DNA of 63,009 nucleotides, filler included, from Candidatus Omnitrophota bacterium (GTDB lineage Bacteria; Omnitrophota; Gorgyraeia; JAGLLT01): NCBI GenBank assembly GCA_023140385.1. It is 5 parts of 5 records of this genome, joined end to end, with 100 filler letters (N's around TTAATTAATTAA, not from the genome) between each part and the next. Parts side by side here need not be neighbours in the genome. Positions count along the whole stretch, not along the records: positions 59,167 to 63,009 come from JAGLLT010000047.1; 4 more parts are not named here. One strand, 5' to 3'. Shown piece by piece: positions 62,438 to 63,009 of this stretch (position 1 is its first letter; each line of letters starts with the position of its first letter). The notes under the pieces were generated by a model. It saw only the letters and a program-made list of their open reading frames with translations, ran no database searches and was not told where the DNA came from. The position numbers and the translations under genes were made by a program.

Positions 62438-63009
62438 ATGTACGAAGCATATTGGGGATTGCGGGAGAAACCATTTGAGAATACGCCGGATCCGCGTTTT
62501 ATCTATTATTCTCAAAGACATGAAGAGGCTTTGTCAAGAATGCTTTATGTTATTCGAGAACGAAAGGGAGCGGGTATTTTGACCGGAGAGTATGGAAGCG
62601 GAAAAACCCTTTTAAGCAGAGTTCTTTTGGAAGAACTTTCAAGTGAACAATATCACTCAGCGCTTATTTTTAATCCGATGCTTCCGTCCATGGAACTTGT
62701 GAAAGAAATTATTTATCAATTAGGCGGCGACACATCTTCTCTTTTATCTAAGACTGATTTGCTGCATTATCTTAACGATATTTTATATAAAAATAGGGAT
62801 GATGATAAAAATACAGTTATAGTTGTAGATGAAGCTCAAGCTATTTCAGAAGAGAGCGGTTTTGAGGAATTGAGACTCCTTTTAAATTTTCAACTAAATG
62901 ATAATTTCCTCCTTACTCTTATCCTTTTAGGCCAGCCGGAATTAAAAGAAAAAATAAAAAATTTGCCTCAATTAAGGCAAAGGCTCGCTGTAAGATATCA
63001 TCTTAAGGC
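62438..63009 (+). CDS. ExeA/GspA/MshM-like AAA ATPase (runs off window end)
   Basis: Absent from the ORF track. MYEAYWGLREKPFENTPDPRF, Walker A GEYGSGKT, Walker B VVDEAQ, LLGQPEL, QLRQRL. Confidence 0.92.
   Translation, partial: MYEAYWGLREKPFENTPDPRFIYYSQRHEEALSRMLYVIRERKGAGILTGEYGSGKTLLSRVLLEELSSEQYHSALIFNPMLPSMELVKEIIYQLGGDTSSLLSKTDLLHYLNDILYKNRDDDKNTVIVVDEAQAISEESGFEELRLLLNFQLNDNFLLTLILLGQPELKEKIKNLPQLRQRLAVRYHLK

Overview
This window is not one contiguous locus. It is five contig pieces joined by four artificial 100-bp N-linkers carrying TTAATTAATTAA (16847-16946, 31159-31258, 52712-52811, 59067-59166), so adjacency across a linker means nothing. The source is a low-to-moderate GC, probably anaerobic bacterium using the standard genetic code. 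The RpoB motif [16 protein letters not shown], the rpmG-trnW-secE-nusG-rplKAJL-rpoBC-rpsLG-fusA order and the abundance of secreted Ig/CBM and pilus-type genes suggest the PVC superphylum, possibly Omnitrophota (inference, not a database result). Piece 1 holds a translationally coupled minus-strand trio of signal-peptide proteins (2280-aa Ig/CBM/discoidin protein, beta-propeller, RHS/YD protein running off the window and missed by the ORF track), plus an Fe-S/redox operon with a fused double MinD-like ferredoxin ATPase. Piece 2 is the core translation/transcription cluster. Piece 3 holds TetR-TolC-MFP-RND, then ACP, a STAS-glycosyltransferase fusion, an LpxL-like acyltransferase, a phasin-like protein, an ABC1/UbiB kinase and a patatin. 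After these comes a ~7-kb integrase-free insert (GspE/PilB ATPase fused to a receiver domain, pilins, sensor kinase, receivers) bracketed by a 130-bp duplication of the ilvD 5' end. Piece 4 is partial tRNA-Gly, tig-clpP-lon, a class V aminotransferase and partial serA. Piece 5 is partial hcp, an Fe-S membrane protein, an NMO-family flavoprotein, a small MerR-type HTH and a partial ExeA-like ATPase. The best candidates for undescribed systems are (i) the three-gene secreted CBM/propeller/RHS module, (ii) the ACP/STAS-GT/acyltransferase/RND glycolipid locus and (iii) the ilvD-targeted island with a phosphorelay-linked pilus ATPase.
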